Below are positions 43,621 through 52,704 of a stretch of 62,964 bases of DNA, piece by piece; within the stretch, counting starts at the first letter, position 1; the number at the start of each line of letters is the position of its first letter. The stretch is from Lentisphaerota bacterium (GTDB taxonomy: Bacteria; Verrucomicrobiota; Lentisphaeria; Victivallales; UBA1829): assembly GCA_015061565.1 (NCBI GenBank), contig SUWI01000002.1, positions 1 through 62,964 of the forward strand, written 5' to 3'. Under the pieces are notes generated by a model. The model searched no databases and had not been told where the DNA came from. It saw nothing but the letters and a program-made list of their open reading frames with translations. A program made the translations under genes and the position numbers.

Positions 43621-46386
43621 TTATTTGACGATCAGTACGCCGAAATCGTTGCGTTTCATATCGAGAGTGACCGTGCCGCGGGAAATGGCGACCGGTTTTT
43701 CCGTTTCGGCATCGACCACGGTCTTGGTCCCGGCCGGCAGCTTGATCTCGATTTTCTGCGGGGTGCGTGCCAGATTGCTGACGATGGCGAGCTTTTCGCC
43801 TTTCTTGTCATAATAGCTGATGCAGACGTCTTTGGCATCCGTGGTGAGGGCGGTGTTTTCCCAGTAGGGAATGAACTCGACCGCCTTGTTGCCGATATCC
43901 CATTTGCGGCGGATCTCTTCCATCTTCCAGATTTCCTGTTTGTTGCACCACAGCGGCCAGAAGATGACGTCCGCATGCATGATGCGGCTCATCAGGTCGC
44001 GGGTGGGGACCGGCAGTTCCATGATGTCGCGCTGGTTTTTCAGGCAGGGCAGCCAGGCGATGACCGCGCCCCACTGGCGGTGGTAGAACTCGCTGCGGAC
44101 GCGTTCCATGGGCAGGGAATAGCTGTAATAATACATGCGGTCGTGGGCGGGCGGGATCAGCACCGGATCATCCGGGAAATAGCCGCTGTAAAGATGTTCG
44201 CCGGTCAGGAAAACGGTAAAATGGGAAAGCATTTCCATCATGCTGGTCGCGGAACAATGCGCGATGCTCCACGGCGGCAGATTGCCGTTGCGCTTGGCGA
44301 TCACATAATGCATCCGCTTGTAGAGATCGCGGTCGGCCAGCCAGGAATAAGTCGGCCGGCGTTCGCCGTCATAGTCGGTATATCCGCCGCCGGAACGGGC
44401 GTTTTTGTTCGGATCGAGGATCAGTTCGTCGATATACGCGCCGTCGATGGTGCCGAAAACCTCGCCCCACTGGTCGATGCACCAGACGAGATAATCGGCC
44501 CAGGCGCTGGTGCCGGCACAGCGCATCCAGTCAAACCGTCCGGCGCGGGACCGCTGGGGATCGGGGCTCCAGTCGAGGTAAATGCGTTCGGCATCGGGAT
44601 TGACCTTGTTCTTCTGGGAAATGGGCAGATGGCGGCGGTCCCAGTAGGGAACGACTTTCCGTCCGGCGGCACGGTCGCGTTTGACCTTGGCGATGGTGCG
44701 CGGCTTGTTGAGACCGCGGTGCGGTTCGGGATCGAGGCTGATCTGCGCCCATTCATCGGGCCAGTAAACCAGCAGGGAACCGCGGGTCTTGCCTTTGAAT
44801 CCGTCATACTGCGCGCTCATGGTCATCGCCCGCCAGCCGTCGGGCAGCGGTTTGACCGGAGTGGCGATAAAGCCGAAATCGAGCATGAATTCCTTCGGGG
44901 CATTGTCCGGCAGCGGCTGCACGACCATTTTCACCAGCAGATCGGCGCTGCCGTCGGCATTGCGGACGATCTCCAGCAGATCGGTCCGTTTGCGGGGATA
45001 GAAATACTGTTCGCTGCCGACGAAATACTGCAGACCGGACCGGGTGGAACCGAGCCAGGTATGGGTGCCGAAGCGTTTCTGCCAGATCACGCCGGGGGTT
45101 TTCTTCAGTTCGAAAGTATTGCTGCCCAGCGGGCTGGAGGGTCCGTAATCGCCGCCGATCCGGTCGGTCGCACCCACGAAATGCAGGAGCTCGGAGGCAT
45201 TTTTGGCCATGGGCATCCGCAGCGTGAGTTCTTTAACCTTCTCACCCGGCCGCAGGGTCAGTCTGAAATGCACCATGCCGTCGTATTCGAACGTTCCTTT
45301 CAAATCCGCATTGGCGGCCTTTTTGGAAAATTCGACGCGCCCTTTCTGCTGTTTATCCACTTGATATCCGCTGAAAGACAGCGGCTTGCCATTGAGGGTG
45401 ACATTGATGCTTTCGCGCAGGAGTTTTTCATCCTTCGCGGTGACCTGGTCCAGAATGCCGCTGCCGCTGAAATCATAGTCACGCGCCCAGACCGAGAGGG
45501 TCTTGCCCTTCACGGCAACCGGCTGGAACGGCTGCGGGATATAGTCGCCGTCCAAAGCTTCGAGACCGAGTCTGACCCGGTTTTTGAACCAGGGACTGGG
45601 TGCCATGATGGTTTCCTTGGCGAGCACGATCCCTTTTTTCTTTAGTTCGGGGATAAGTTCGCCGGCAATGATGATGATCTCCTTGTCGGTCAGGGCCCGG
45701 TTGTAAATGCGGACCTGCCCGATGGCGGTCAGACCGTTGGCGCCCATTCTGCCGGTCGGTCCGATATTGAAGTATTTCACCGGACTTTCCGGGAACACGA
45801 TAAAGCCTTTCGAGACCTGCCGACCGTCCAGATAGAGCACGGAATTGCCGGTGCCGTCCCAGGTATAGGCCAGATGATGGATGCTGTTGCTCTTCCAGTC
45901 TTTCGGCATGGTGCGGAGGAACAGGGATTTTTTGGTGAGGTTGTTTTTCACATACACGCCGATGCCGTCCCGGCTGTGCTTGTAAACATACATGGTCAGG
46001 TCTTTGGCAACGGTATTCATGAACAGATGGACTTTCGGAGCATCGTATTCCCAGTCGCAGTTCTTCACGGTCATTTCGATAGTTCCGCCGTTCGTGGGGA
46101 AGTTGCCGGCGGCATCATACCGCACACCCGCCCGGCCGGCGCCGACCTGGAGTCCGTAATTGGTCGTGGAAAGGGGATCGAAATCGAACCGCATTTTGCG
46201 TCCCGCGGGCTGCAGCGTCCCCTCCGGGTTGCCTTTGGCGAGCTGGGCCTTGACCGTCTCCTGGCTCAAAGTGTAGTTCACGGTAAAAATGCGGGCTTTT
46301 GCGATTTCCTCCGCAGTCGGAACGGCGGAAAGTTCGACCACGGCCGAGGCGGCCAGCAGTCCGGACAGCAGTTTTGCATTGTTCAT
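43621..46386 (-). CDS. Giant secreted LamG + putative glycoside-hydrolase protein (cassette D)
   Basis: I chose the start at MNNAKLLSGLLAASAVVELSA (ATG 46386, AGGAGA 5 nt upstream); the ORF-track ORF extends to 46494. LamG-type IGQVRIYNRALTDKEI. It shares FGFIATPVKPLPDGW and GAYIDE with 18003..21842 and 56070..59960. Confidence 0.8.
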   Translation of the reverse strand: MNNAKLLSGLLAASAVVELSAVPTAEEIAKARIFTVNYTLSQETVKAQLAKGNPEGTLQPAGRKMRFDFDPLSTTNYGLQVGAGRAGVRYDAAGNFPTNGGTIEMTVKNCDWEYDAPKVHLFMNTVAKDLTMYVYKHSRDGIGVYVKNNLTKKSLFLRTMPKDWKSNSIHHLAYTWDGTGNSVLYLDGRQVSKGFIVFPESPVKYFNIGPTGRMGANGLTAIGQVRIYNRALTDKEIIIIAGELIPELKKKGIVLAKETIMAPSPWFKNRVRLGLEALDGDYIPQPFQPVAVKGKTLSVWARDYDFSGSGILDQVTAKDEKLLRESINVTLNGKPLSFSGYQVDKQQKGRVEFSKKAANADLKGTFEYDGMVHFRLTLRPGEKVKELTLRMPMAKNASELLHFVGATDRIGGDYGPSSPLGSNTFELKKTPGVIWQKRFGTHTWLGSTRSGLQYFVGSEQYFYPRKRTDLLEIVRNADGSADLLVKMVVQPLPDNAPKEFMLDFGFIATPVKPLPDGWRAMTMSAQYDGFKGKTRGSLLVYWPDEWAQISLDPEPHRGLNKPRTIAKVKRDRAAGRKVVPYWDRRHLPISQKNKVNPDAERIYLDWSPDPQRSRAGRFDWMRCAGTSAWADYLVWCIDQWGEVFGTIDGAYIDELILDPNKNARSGGGYTDYDGERRPTYSWLADRDLYKRMHYVIAKRNGNLPPWSIAHCSATSMMEMLSHFTVFLTGEHLYSGYFPDDPVLIPPAHDRMYYYSYSLPMERVRSEFYHRQWGAVIAWLPCLKNQRDIMELPVPTRDLMSRIMHADVIFWPLWCNKQEIWKMEEIRRKWDIGNKAVEFIPYWENTALTTDAKDVCISYYDKKGEKLAIVSNLARTPQKIEIKLPAGTKTVVDAETEKPVAISRGTVTLDMKRNDFGVLIVK

Positions 46387-46513
46387 GCTGTTCTCCTGTT
46401 TCATATTGTCATTATCGGTATTGTTCGTCGATGGGGGAAACCGTTCCGGTACGGCGGAAGCCTGTTCCCAAACGGATCCGGTTTTCTTTTTCATGAAACG
46501 TTCTTAACGGAAA

Positions 46514-47326
46514 TCAGAGAGTCCGGTTTCTGACATTGGTCCGATCCCAGAAATTATTGCCATCTCCAATATTCATGCGGCCGGAAAGATTGCCGAGCAC
46601 GTCGTAGCAACCGAACGGATATCTGGCTTTGATGGGACGGGCCGAACCGTCGCACCAGCCGATGTTGCAGACATCCTTATGTGAGGCATGTGCGACGACA
46701 TCGGAAATGCGGGTGTAGGGATAGCAGCTGGAATGGCCAAGCGTCGGATCCGTATAATTATAAGAATCCAGCATGAATATGGTCGCCGACGGTTTGCCGA
46801 TCTCCCGGTCCCGGGCAGGCAGATTATTCCAGTTGCTAAACGCCGGAGAACCAGCCGTTTTACTGATCCAGAAACTGCCGGTGATCTTGAAATGATTGGT
46901 CCCGTAAGTGTTGACATAAGTCTTCGGCATATCGCCGACGACCCAGATCCGCTTGGTAGGGCAAGAGTATGACTTCAGGTTTTTCATGTTGTAGGTGGAC
47001 CAGAAATGATACGCCCAGGTGACATCACCCAGAGAATTCGGAACGAAATAACCGTTGTTGTCCGACTGGTACATCCCGTTCGTCAATCCCAGCTGTCTAA
47101 TGTTGGACATGCAGGAGGTGGACTGTGCCTTGACCTTGGCAGCGTTCAGCGCCGGCAGCAGCATTCCCGCCAGGATCGCGATGATCGCAATCACCACCAG
47201 GAGCTCTATCAGGGTAAAATGCCTTGGCATTTTACCCTTCAAATATGAAATATGATCCTCCTCCACTCTTCGAGCTATGGAGGACAAGGAGATGAAATAT
47301 GAGTTGCCGACTGTGTTCTTGTTCAT
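46514..47326 (-). CDS. Prepilin-like DUF1559 / H-X9-DG family protein (cassette D)
   Basis: 270 aa. Long leader [36 protein letters not shown], then [31 protein letters not shown]9-DG motif: [13 protein letters not shown]. Confidence 0.85.
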   Translation of the reverse strand: MNKNTVGNSYFISLSSIARRVEEDHISYLKGKMPRHFTLIELLVVIAIIAILAGMLLPALNAAKVKAQSTSCMSNIRQLGLTNGMYQSDNNGYFVPNSLGDVTWAYHFWSTYNMKNLKSYSCPTKRIWVVGDMPKTYVNTYGTNHFKITGSFWISKTAGSPAFSNWNNLPARDREIGKPSATIFMLDSYNYTDPTLGHSSCYPYTRISDVVAHASHKDVCNIGWCDGSARPIKARYPFGCYDVLGNLSGRMNIGDGNNFWDRTNVRNRTL

Positions 47327-47380
47327 GTCGTTTTCCTTTCTTCCGCATTCGAGTTCAGAAAATCATAAAAAACTATTTAT

Positions 47381-47409
47381 AATATAACAGCATCAAGTGG
47401 TTTTGTCAA
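47381..47409 (-). promoter_or_regulatory. Near-consensus sigma70 promoter of the cassette-D operon
   Basis: The minus strand reads TTGACA-N17-TATATT, immediately downstream of the jetD stop. Confidence 0.5.
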
Positions 47410-47427
47410 CTCGGATATTGGAATATT

Positions 47428-48609
47428 TCAGCCGGAAGCAGGCGGAGCGGACGTAAAATTTTCCTGTTCCAGCCAGAGGCCGCTGCGGAGCAGCCATTCG
47501 ATCTCCCGGCGGAACGGGAAATCCGGCTTTTCAAGCAATTTTTCCGCTCTGCGCCGTTTATTTTCGGGAAGCGGTTGACAAAATGATTTATGCGCTTCCA
47601 AATCTTCCGAAGTGCATCGATACAGGGAGAGCGGATGGATCCGGTGCAGGACAGCTGCAATTTCATAGCCTTCCGGATCGGAATCGCCCCAGTGTCTGAG
47701 GACAGTATTCGGGGATAGGCATGCAATCAGTTTACGGACGGCCTTTCCGGGAAAACCGGCCGTGTAAACGAGGGTGAAATCCGGATTCTGCTTCATGGTG
47801 CGGTTGAATACGGATTCATTTTCAATAGTCAGAACCGGGAACTCGGACTCCAAGCGGTCAATATCTTTGAGATTGTCCCAGGAAAGCATGGCGCTTTGCC
47901 TCATCCCGAAAAGAGTTTTGATCCAATCCAGGTCCTGACCGCGGGAATGGTAAATCACGGGTCCGAAAACGGCGGCTGTGGATGCCGTGGGATTGGATGT
48001 CATGCCATAATGTTCCAGCAACAGACCATCGGGCAGCTGCGAACCGGTCAATTGGCGGAGCAAGCGGCAGCTCCAGGAAAGGAGCTGAGTGTTTTTCAGC
48101 CGTTTTGAATCCCGGAACAGACCGGCGCTGATCTCCGCCGGAGCGGCAGGTTCGGGTGCGTCCATCAGATATTGCGCGGTTTTCCACGCATCAAGGAGCA
48201 GCGAATAATCGGGAGCATCGCGCCGGGAAAGTTCCGGACGGAATTCCTGCCAGTCGATCCCGGGAACGGCAAAACGGAGGCGATGATACAATTCTTCGCC
48301 GGGATGACCGGTTTCCGGAGGCGTGAATCCAGAGGTCTCGCGCAGGATGTCCAGCCACAGATCGAATGCGCCGCCCAGGGTCAGCCGGAGTTTCGTCAGA
48401 TCCAGCACCGGCCTGCCGTTCCGCCGGATGACGCAGTTGAGGAAGAAATTGGCCAAGGTTTCCGGAGGCCCCTGGGGGAGTGACAGGGTTTTGGCTTCGG
48501 GATTGCGCAGCAGACACCTGAGGAGGGAGTGAGAGGCAGACTTCAGGACCGGCGATTGGGCAAGCAGTTTGAGCTGCCCCGCCCGGAATGTTTCTTCCTG
48601 CGGAGTCAT
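47428..48609 (-). CDS. jetD: Wadjet nuclease subunit JetD (MksG-like, Toprim domain)
   Basis: 393 aa. C-terminal Toprim-like motifs VLTIENESVF and RHWGDSDPEGYEIAAVL. Its start overlaps the jetC stop (ATGA). It is the fourth gene of the A-B-C-D size pattern. Confidence 0.8.
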   Translation of the reverse strand: MTPQEETFRAGQLKLLAQSPVLKSASHSLLRCLLRNPEAKTLSLPQGPPETLANFFLNCVIRRNGRPVLDLTKLRLTLGGAFDLWLDILRETSGFTPPETGHPGEELYHRLRFAVPGIDWQEFRPELSRRDAPDYSLLLDAWKTAQYLMDAPEPAAPAEISAGLFRDSKRLKNTQLLSWSCRLLRQLTGSQLPDGLLLEHYGMTSNPTASTAAVFGPVIYHSRGQDLDWIKTLFGMRQSAMLSWDNLKDIDRLESEFPVLTIENESVFNRTMKQNPDFTLVYTAGFPGKAVRKLIACLSPNTVLRHWGDSDPEGYEIAAVLHRIHPLSLYRCTSEDLEAHKSFCQPLPENKRRRAEKLLEKPDFPFRREIEWLLRSGLWLEQENFTSAPPASG

Positions 48610-51600
48610 TCAAGTTCAGCTCCCTGCTTCAGGTTTTCAGGATCGGAAAGGAGCTCGGGATCGCGCGTCCAGTTATACCAGATCAGGTGGACTTGATAAT
48701 TTTTGTCTTTGCGGACAAAAATATTGGTCGAGCTGGCCAGTTCGACTTTCATGCCGTCCTGATTGGGGGAAGCGATCATAAGCTGGAGTCCGAGTTCTTC
48801 GGCGAAAGCCAGCAGCTGATTCTGCCGGAGCGGGTCGATGCCGTAAAAAGCCTCATCGAAGAGGATCGTGTTGATTTTGATCCGGGAACTGGTTCCCTCG
48901 GTTTTATCGAAGAGGAGATGAGCGATCATCATTACCAGCAGATAATTAGGCACGGCCTGTTCGCCGCCGGAACCGACGCTTTTGGTGCGGGTGTCCATGA
49001 CCTTGTCGGCGGACCCGGCGGAATGGAGCATCATATTGTACTGAAAATAATTCCGGTAGTCCAGCACGGGCGGGAGCACGCCGGCGGGAGTGTCCAGGAT
49101 CTCATTCGCATGGAGCATGAAAATTTCCTTGAGCTCTTCACTGCTTTCGGGGATCTGATCGGAAAAACTGCGGATGACGCGCACCAGCGCGGCATATTCG
49201 GGCAGCGGGGTCACGTTCAGACTGTAGGTGCTGCGTCCGAAGGTGTGGCCGGAAAGCGTGCGGTTGATCTGATTTTCCATGTTTTCAAGCGCAAAAATGC
49301 GCTGCCGCAGGGAATTCCGGAACTGCTCCAGAAGAATCCGCTCAAAGTTGCGGCGGGTATCGGCGTTGAGAATTTCCTTCTGCTGCTGGACCGCGGTTTG
49401 AAGCCGTTCATACAATTCGCCGATGGTCCGGTGCTCACGGCTGAAAAGTTCGTTGCCATCTTCATGATAGGAAAACCCGTATTCGATGCCTTCCGCATTC
49501 ATGATTTTGGAGGTGACGGATCCAATGAGCTTGTCGTGTTCTTTTTTCAGGACGGCGCGGGCATTGGAACAGGCATCGGTATCGGCGATTCGCTGTTCGG
49601 CGAGATATTTTTGCAGACTTTCCTCGGTGCGGCAGCCGTTTTCCGGGGTCAGGGATCCATGGTATTTCCGGGAAATCTCTTCAAAAGCGGTTTCCCGGGA
49701 CCGCAGCTGTTCCTGAAGGTCGCCGTAACGCGCCTCCGCCGAGACCACAGCATCATGGTCATGCAGGAAAATCTTCCTGATATTCTCCAGTTCGGTGCTG
49801 ATTTTGCGGATTTCCGCATCGAGATTTTCCAGATTTTTTTCTTTGATCTGGGCACGGAGATAGTTCAGGTTCCGGCGGGCGTCTTCAAGTTCCTGACGGC
49901 GCATTTCCATGGCAGCAGAATTATCCTCGATTGCTTTGTTGACCGCGGCCAATTGGGCCGTGTTTTCGGCTGCGGCCGCAGTTTTCCGCCGGATCTGTTC
50001 AAAAAGATGGATGATCCGGTCATTGAATCGGGTGAACGATTTGAGCCGTTTTTCAGCGCCGGCGAACTGGGCGGCAGCCTGTTTGCAGATTTCCTCTTTG
50101 GATACCAGGACTTCCCTGGCGTCGGCGATCCTGCGTTTCTGTTCTGCCTGGCGTTCCTCTTCGCCAATCAGTTTGGCCGGAATGCCGCAGAGGACGCGAT
50201 AGGTCCCATGCCACGTCACACTTCCCGGGTCCGTGAGGTTTTCAAATTCGGGGATGGTATATCCGTCCAGTTCTCTGGCCAGGACTTCAAGCCAGGCAGC
50301 ATCGTGTTCGGAATCGAAAAATTGATCGAGGAATTCGCGGATCCTGCCGGAGGGTTCAGGGATCTTTTCAGAATAAAGCGCTGCGCACCTGGCGCCTGGA
50401 TAATCGTCGCGTAGAAGCTGTTTGATCCTGCTGATGGATTCTTCTTCGGCGACCAGTGTTGCCAGAATATCCTCGCCGATGAGTTCTTCCACGGCGCTCC
50501 GCATACCGGGGGTAAGGTTTTTCCGCCAATGGAGCCTGGTGTACAAGGGGTCGGCAGGGAGCATTTCCCGGCTCAGATCGGCAAGCAGGTCATTGTAATG
50601 CGGCAGATGTTCCGGCAGGGCTTCCTCCAGCGCTTCCAGTTTTTTCAAATCCGTCTCCGCCGCTTCGAAGTCCTTCCGGGCCGTTTCGGCATGCTCCGAA
50701 GCGGTTTGACGCAGATATTTCAGGCGCTCGCCATATCCGCCGAAGGCATTTTCCAATGACTTCAACGGCTGAAAATCCAGGTTCCGGTCCGGTTCCTTGC
50801 CGACTTGTGCCTGCTGCACCGCCGCCAAGGCCGGATTCAGCGGCAGATCGGACCAATCCGAGAGTTCTTCGGAGAGTTTTCCGGAAAGGGTGCTCAGGAC
50901 ATCCCTCAGTTCCGAACGGTTTTTCTCCAGTTCGGCGGCCAGGAGCTCTTTTTGACTGGAAAAATTCCGGTCCTTTTCACACAGCTGCTCCAGCTGTCCG
51001 CCCAATTGATCCGCCAGTTTTGCCCGGCTTTTTTCGGTTTCGATCAGAGAAGAAGAATCCCGGTCTTTCAAGTCGGCAAGCGCACGCTCCATGGATTGAA
51101 CCCGGATTTCGGACTGATTCCGGATGAGCCTCATACGGTCGATTTCAACGGACATCTCATCGGCTTTGGCGCGAATGCCTTCGAGCAGGAGCCGCTGCTT
51201 GTTCCGTTCAAAATACAGGAGTCCGATCTCCAGAATACGGATTTCCCTGCGGAGTTTGTCAATACTCACTTTGATGCGGTTGAGTTCGCCCAGATATTCG
51301 CAGCGTTTTTCCAGGGAATTGAGGGCGGAATTGGATTCCCGCAGGGCGCGCAGGCTGTTCCGGAGTTCCTGCAGGGTTTCGGCGTCCGGTTCAGGCAGGA
51401 GGCTTTTGAAAAGTTCATGATAATTGCCCGCCCGGCTGGAGATTTCCCGGTAGGCCTTGCACATGTTCAGGAATTTCCGGTATTCATGATATTGTGCCGG
51501 GGTCGGAAAGAATTCCCTGGCCAGCGCCTGCGAAAACGAGGTCATCCCCGTATAATAGCGGCCGTTCATTTTCAAAACCGCTTTTTTGAATTCCTCCCGG

Positions 51601-52073
51601 TCCGGCGGATATTCCTGACCGTTTTCATCTTTGAGCAGCAGCGGCAGAGCGGAAACGGGACAGGAACAGCGGAATCCCCATTGCTGAAGCGGCGCATTCA
51701 CTCCGGCAATGGAAAGACCGATCCCGATACAGACCGGATTGCCGGATTCGTTCTGAAGTTCCAGCGCGGCATAAGTCACCCGTCCATCGGGGAATCGCGG
51801 TCCGGTATCCACATTGTATGCCGTGACCGCGCCGTTGATGCGGCGTCCGTTCGCTTTGCTGCCGCCCAATCGGGCTGCTGAATTCAGTTCCACATCCTCG
51901 CCGGCCGACAGCACATAATGAATGGCGTCCAGGATCGTCGTTTTCCCGGAACCGTTGTCTCCCATCAGAAAAAGATGGCCACCGTTTTTCAGCGGTATCG
52001 TGACCGAGTTGATGTTATGGAAGTTGACTAAGCGGACAGCGAAAACCGAATATATTTCCCGGTCAATCCTCAT
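48606..52073 (-). CDS. jetC: Wadjet SMC-like ATPase JetC (MksB-like)
   Basis: I chose the start at MRIDREIYSV (ATG 52073); the ORF-track ORF extends to 52112. It has Walker A MGDNGSGKTT, a long central region rich in coiled-coil-type heptads, the ABC signature GSGGEQ and Walker B ILFDEAF. Confidence 0.9.
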   Translation of the reverse strand: MRIDREIYSVFAVRLVNFHNINSVTIPLKNGGHLFLMGDNGSGKTTILDAIHYVLSAGEDVELNSAARLGGSKANGRRINGAVTAYNVDTGPRFPDGRVTYAALELQNESGNPVCIGIGLSIAGVNAPLQQWGFRCSCPVSALPLLLKDENGQEYPPDREEFKKAVLKMNGRYYTGMTSFSQALAREFFPTPAQYHEYRKFLNMCKAYREISSRAGNYHELFKSLLPEPDAETLQELRNSLRALRESNSALNSLEKRCEYLGELNRIKVSIDKLRREIRILEIGLLYFERNKQRLLLEGIRAKADEMSVEIDRMRLIRNQSEIRVQSMERALADLKDRDSSSLIETEKSRAKLADQLGGQLEQLCEKDRNFSSQKELLAAELEKNRSELRDVLSTLSGKLSEELSDWSDLPLNPALAAVQQAQVGKEPDRNLDFQPLKSLENAFGGYGERLKYLRQTASEHAETARKDFEAAETDLKKLEALEEALPEHLPHYNDLLADLSREMLPADPLYTRLHWRKNLTPGMRSAVEELIGEDILATLVAEEESISRIKQLLRDDYPGARCAALYSEKIPEPSGRIREFLDQFFDSEHDAAWLEVLARELDGYTIPEFENLTDPGSVTWHGTYRVLCGIPAKLIGEEERQAEQKRRIADAREVLVSKEEICKQAAAQFAGAEKRLKSFTRFNDRIIHLFEQIRRKTAAAAENTAQLAAVNKAIEDNSAAMEMRRQELEDARRNLNYLRAQIKEKNLENLDAEIRKISTELENIRKIFLHDHDAVVSAEARYGDLQEQLRSRETAFEEISRKYHGSLTPENGCRTEESLQKYLAEQRIADTDACSNARAVLKKEHDKLIGSVTSKIMNAEGIEYGFSYHEDGNELFSREHRTIGELYERLQTAVQQQKEILNADTRRNFERILLEQFRNSLRQRIFALENMENQINRTLSGHTFGRSTYSLNVTPLPEYAALVRVIRSFSDQIPESSEELKEIFMLHANEILDTPAGVLPPVLDYRNYFQYNMMLHSAGSADKVMDTRTKSVGSGGEQAVPNYLLVMMIAHLLFDKTEGTSSRIKINTILFDEAFYGIDPLRQNQLLAFAEELGLQLMIASPNQDGMKVELASSTNIFVRKDKNYQVHLIWYNWTRDPELLSDPENLKQGAELE

Positions 52074-52704
52074 GGCGGAGCTCCTCCAGGTTCTTCTCCA
52101 ACGCGCCGGCATTGTATTGGTAACAGGCCGGCAGGGCTTCGTAAATCACTTTGTCCTGTTCGACCCGTTCCCCGGCTTCGCGCGGCAGTTCACGCAGAAA
52201 ACGATAGGTCAGCAGCTTCGGCATCAGCGGACGGAGTATATTTTTCTTGACCGCCTCGGCTTCCAGATCGGTCCGTTCCGGAAACAGTGCCCGCATCCGG
52301 TTTACCGTGTATTCCAGGTATTCTCCGAATAAAAAACGCGGATTTTCCCGGTCGGAAGCGGAAAGCGACTGTTCCGACAGCAGTTTTTCATAAAATTCAA
52401 TCAGCAGCAGGAACGCAATATATTCGTTCCGTCCCTGCAGCTTGAATTCGACGATCCCGGCATGACCGAGCGCGGGATTGAAGATTTTTTTCTTGACCAG
52501 GCGGGCGCATTTGGAATCCAGGCGCAGCTCCCAGCCGAAATTCTTCCGGTAGAACTCCCGGAACGCAGATTCATAATGCTGAAGTTCATAGAAACGTTCC
52601 GGATCATCGGTTTTGTAGAACCACGCCGATTCCAGCAGAATATTGTTGATCGCGATAAATTGATCCGGGTATTTGCCAAGCAGAGTTTCGTAATCAGTTT
52701 CCAT
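52063..52704 (-). CDS. jetB: Wadjet subunit JetB (MksE-like)
   Basis: 213 aa. It overlaps jetC by 11 nt and jetA by 11 nt. The size and position fit JetB. No enzymatic motif is present. Confidence 0.7.
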   Translation of the reverse strand: METDYETLLGKYPDQFIAINNILLESAWFYKTDDPERFYELQHYESAFREFYRKNFGWELRLDSKCARLVKKKIFNPALGHAGIVEFKLQGRNEYIAFLLLIEFYEKLLSEQSLSASDRENPRFLFGEYLEYTVNRMRALFPERTDLEAEAVKKNILRPLMPKLLTYRFLRELPREAGERVEQDKVIYEALPACYQYNAGALEKNLEELRHED

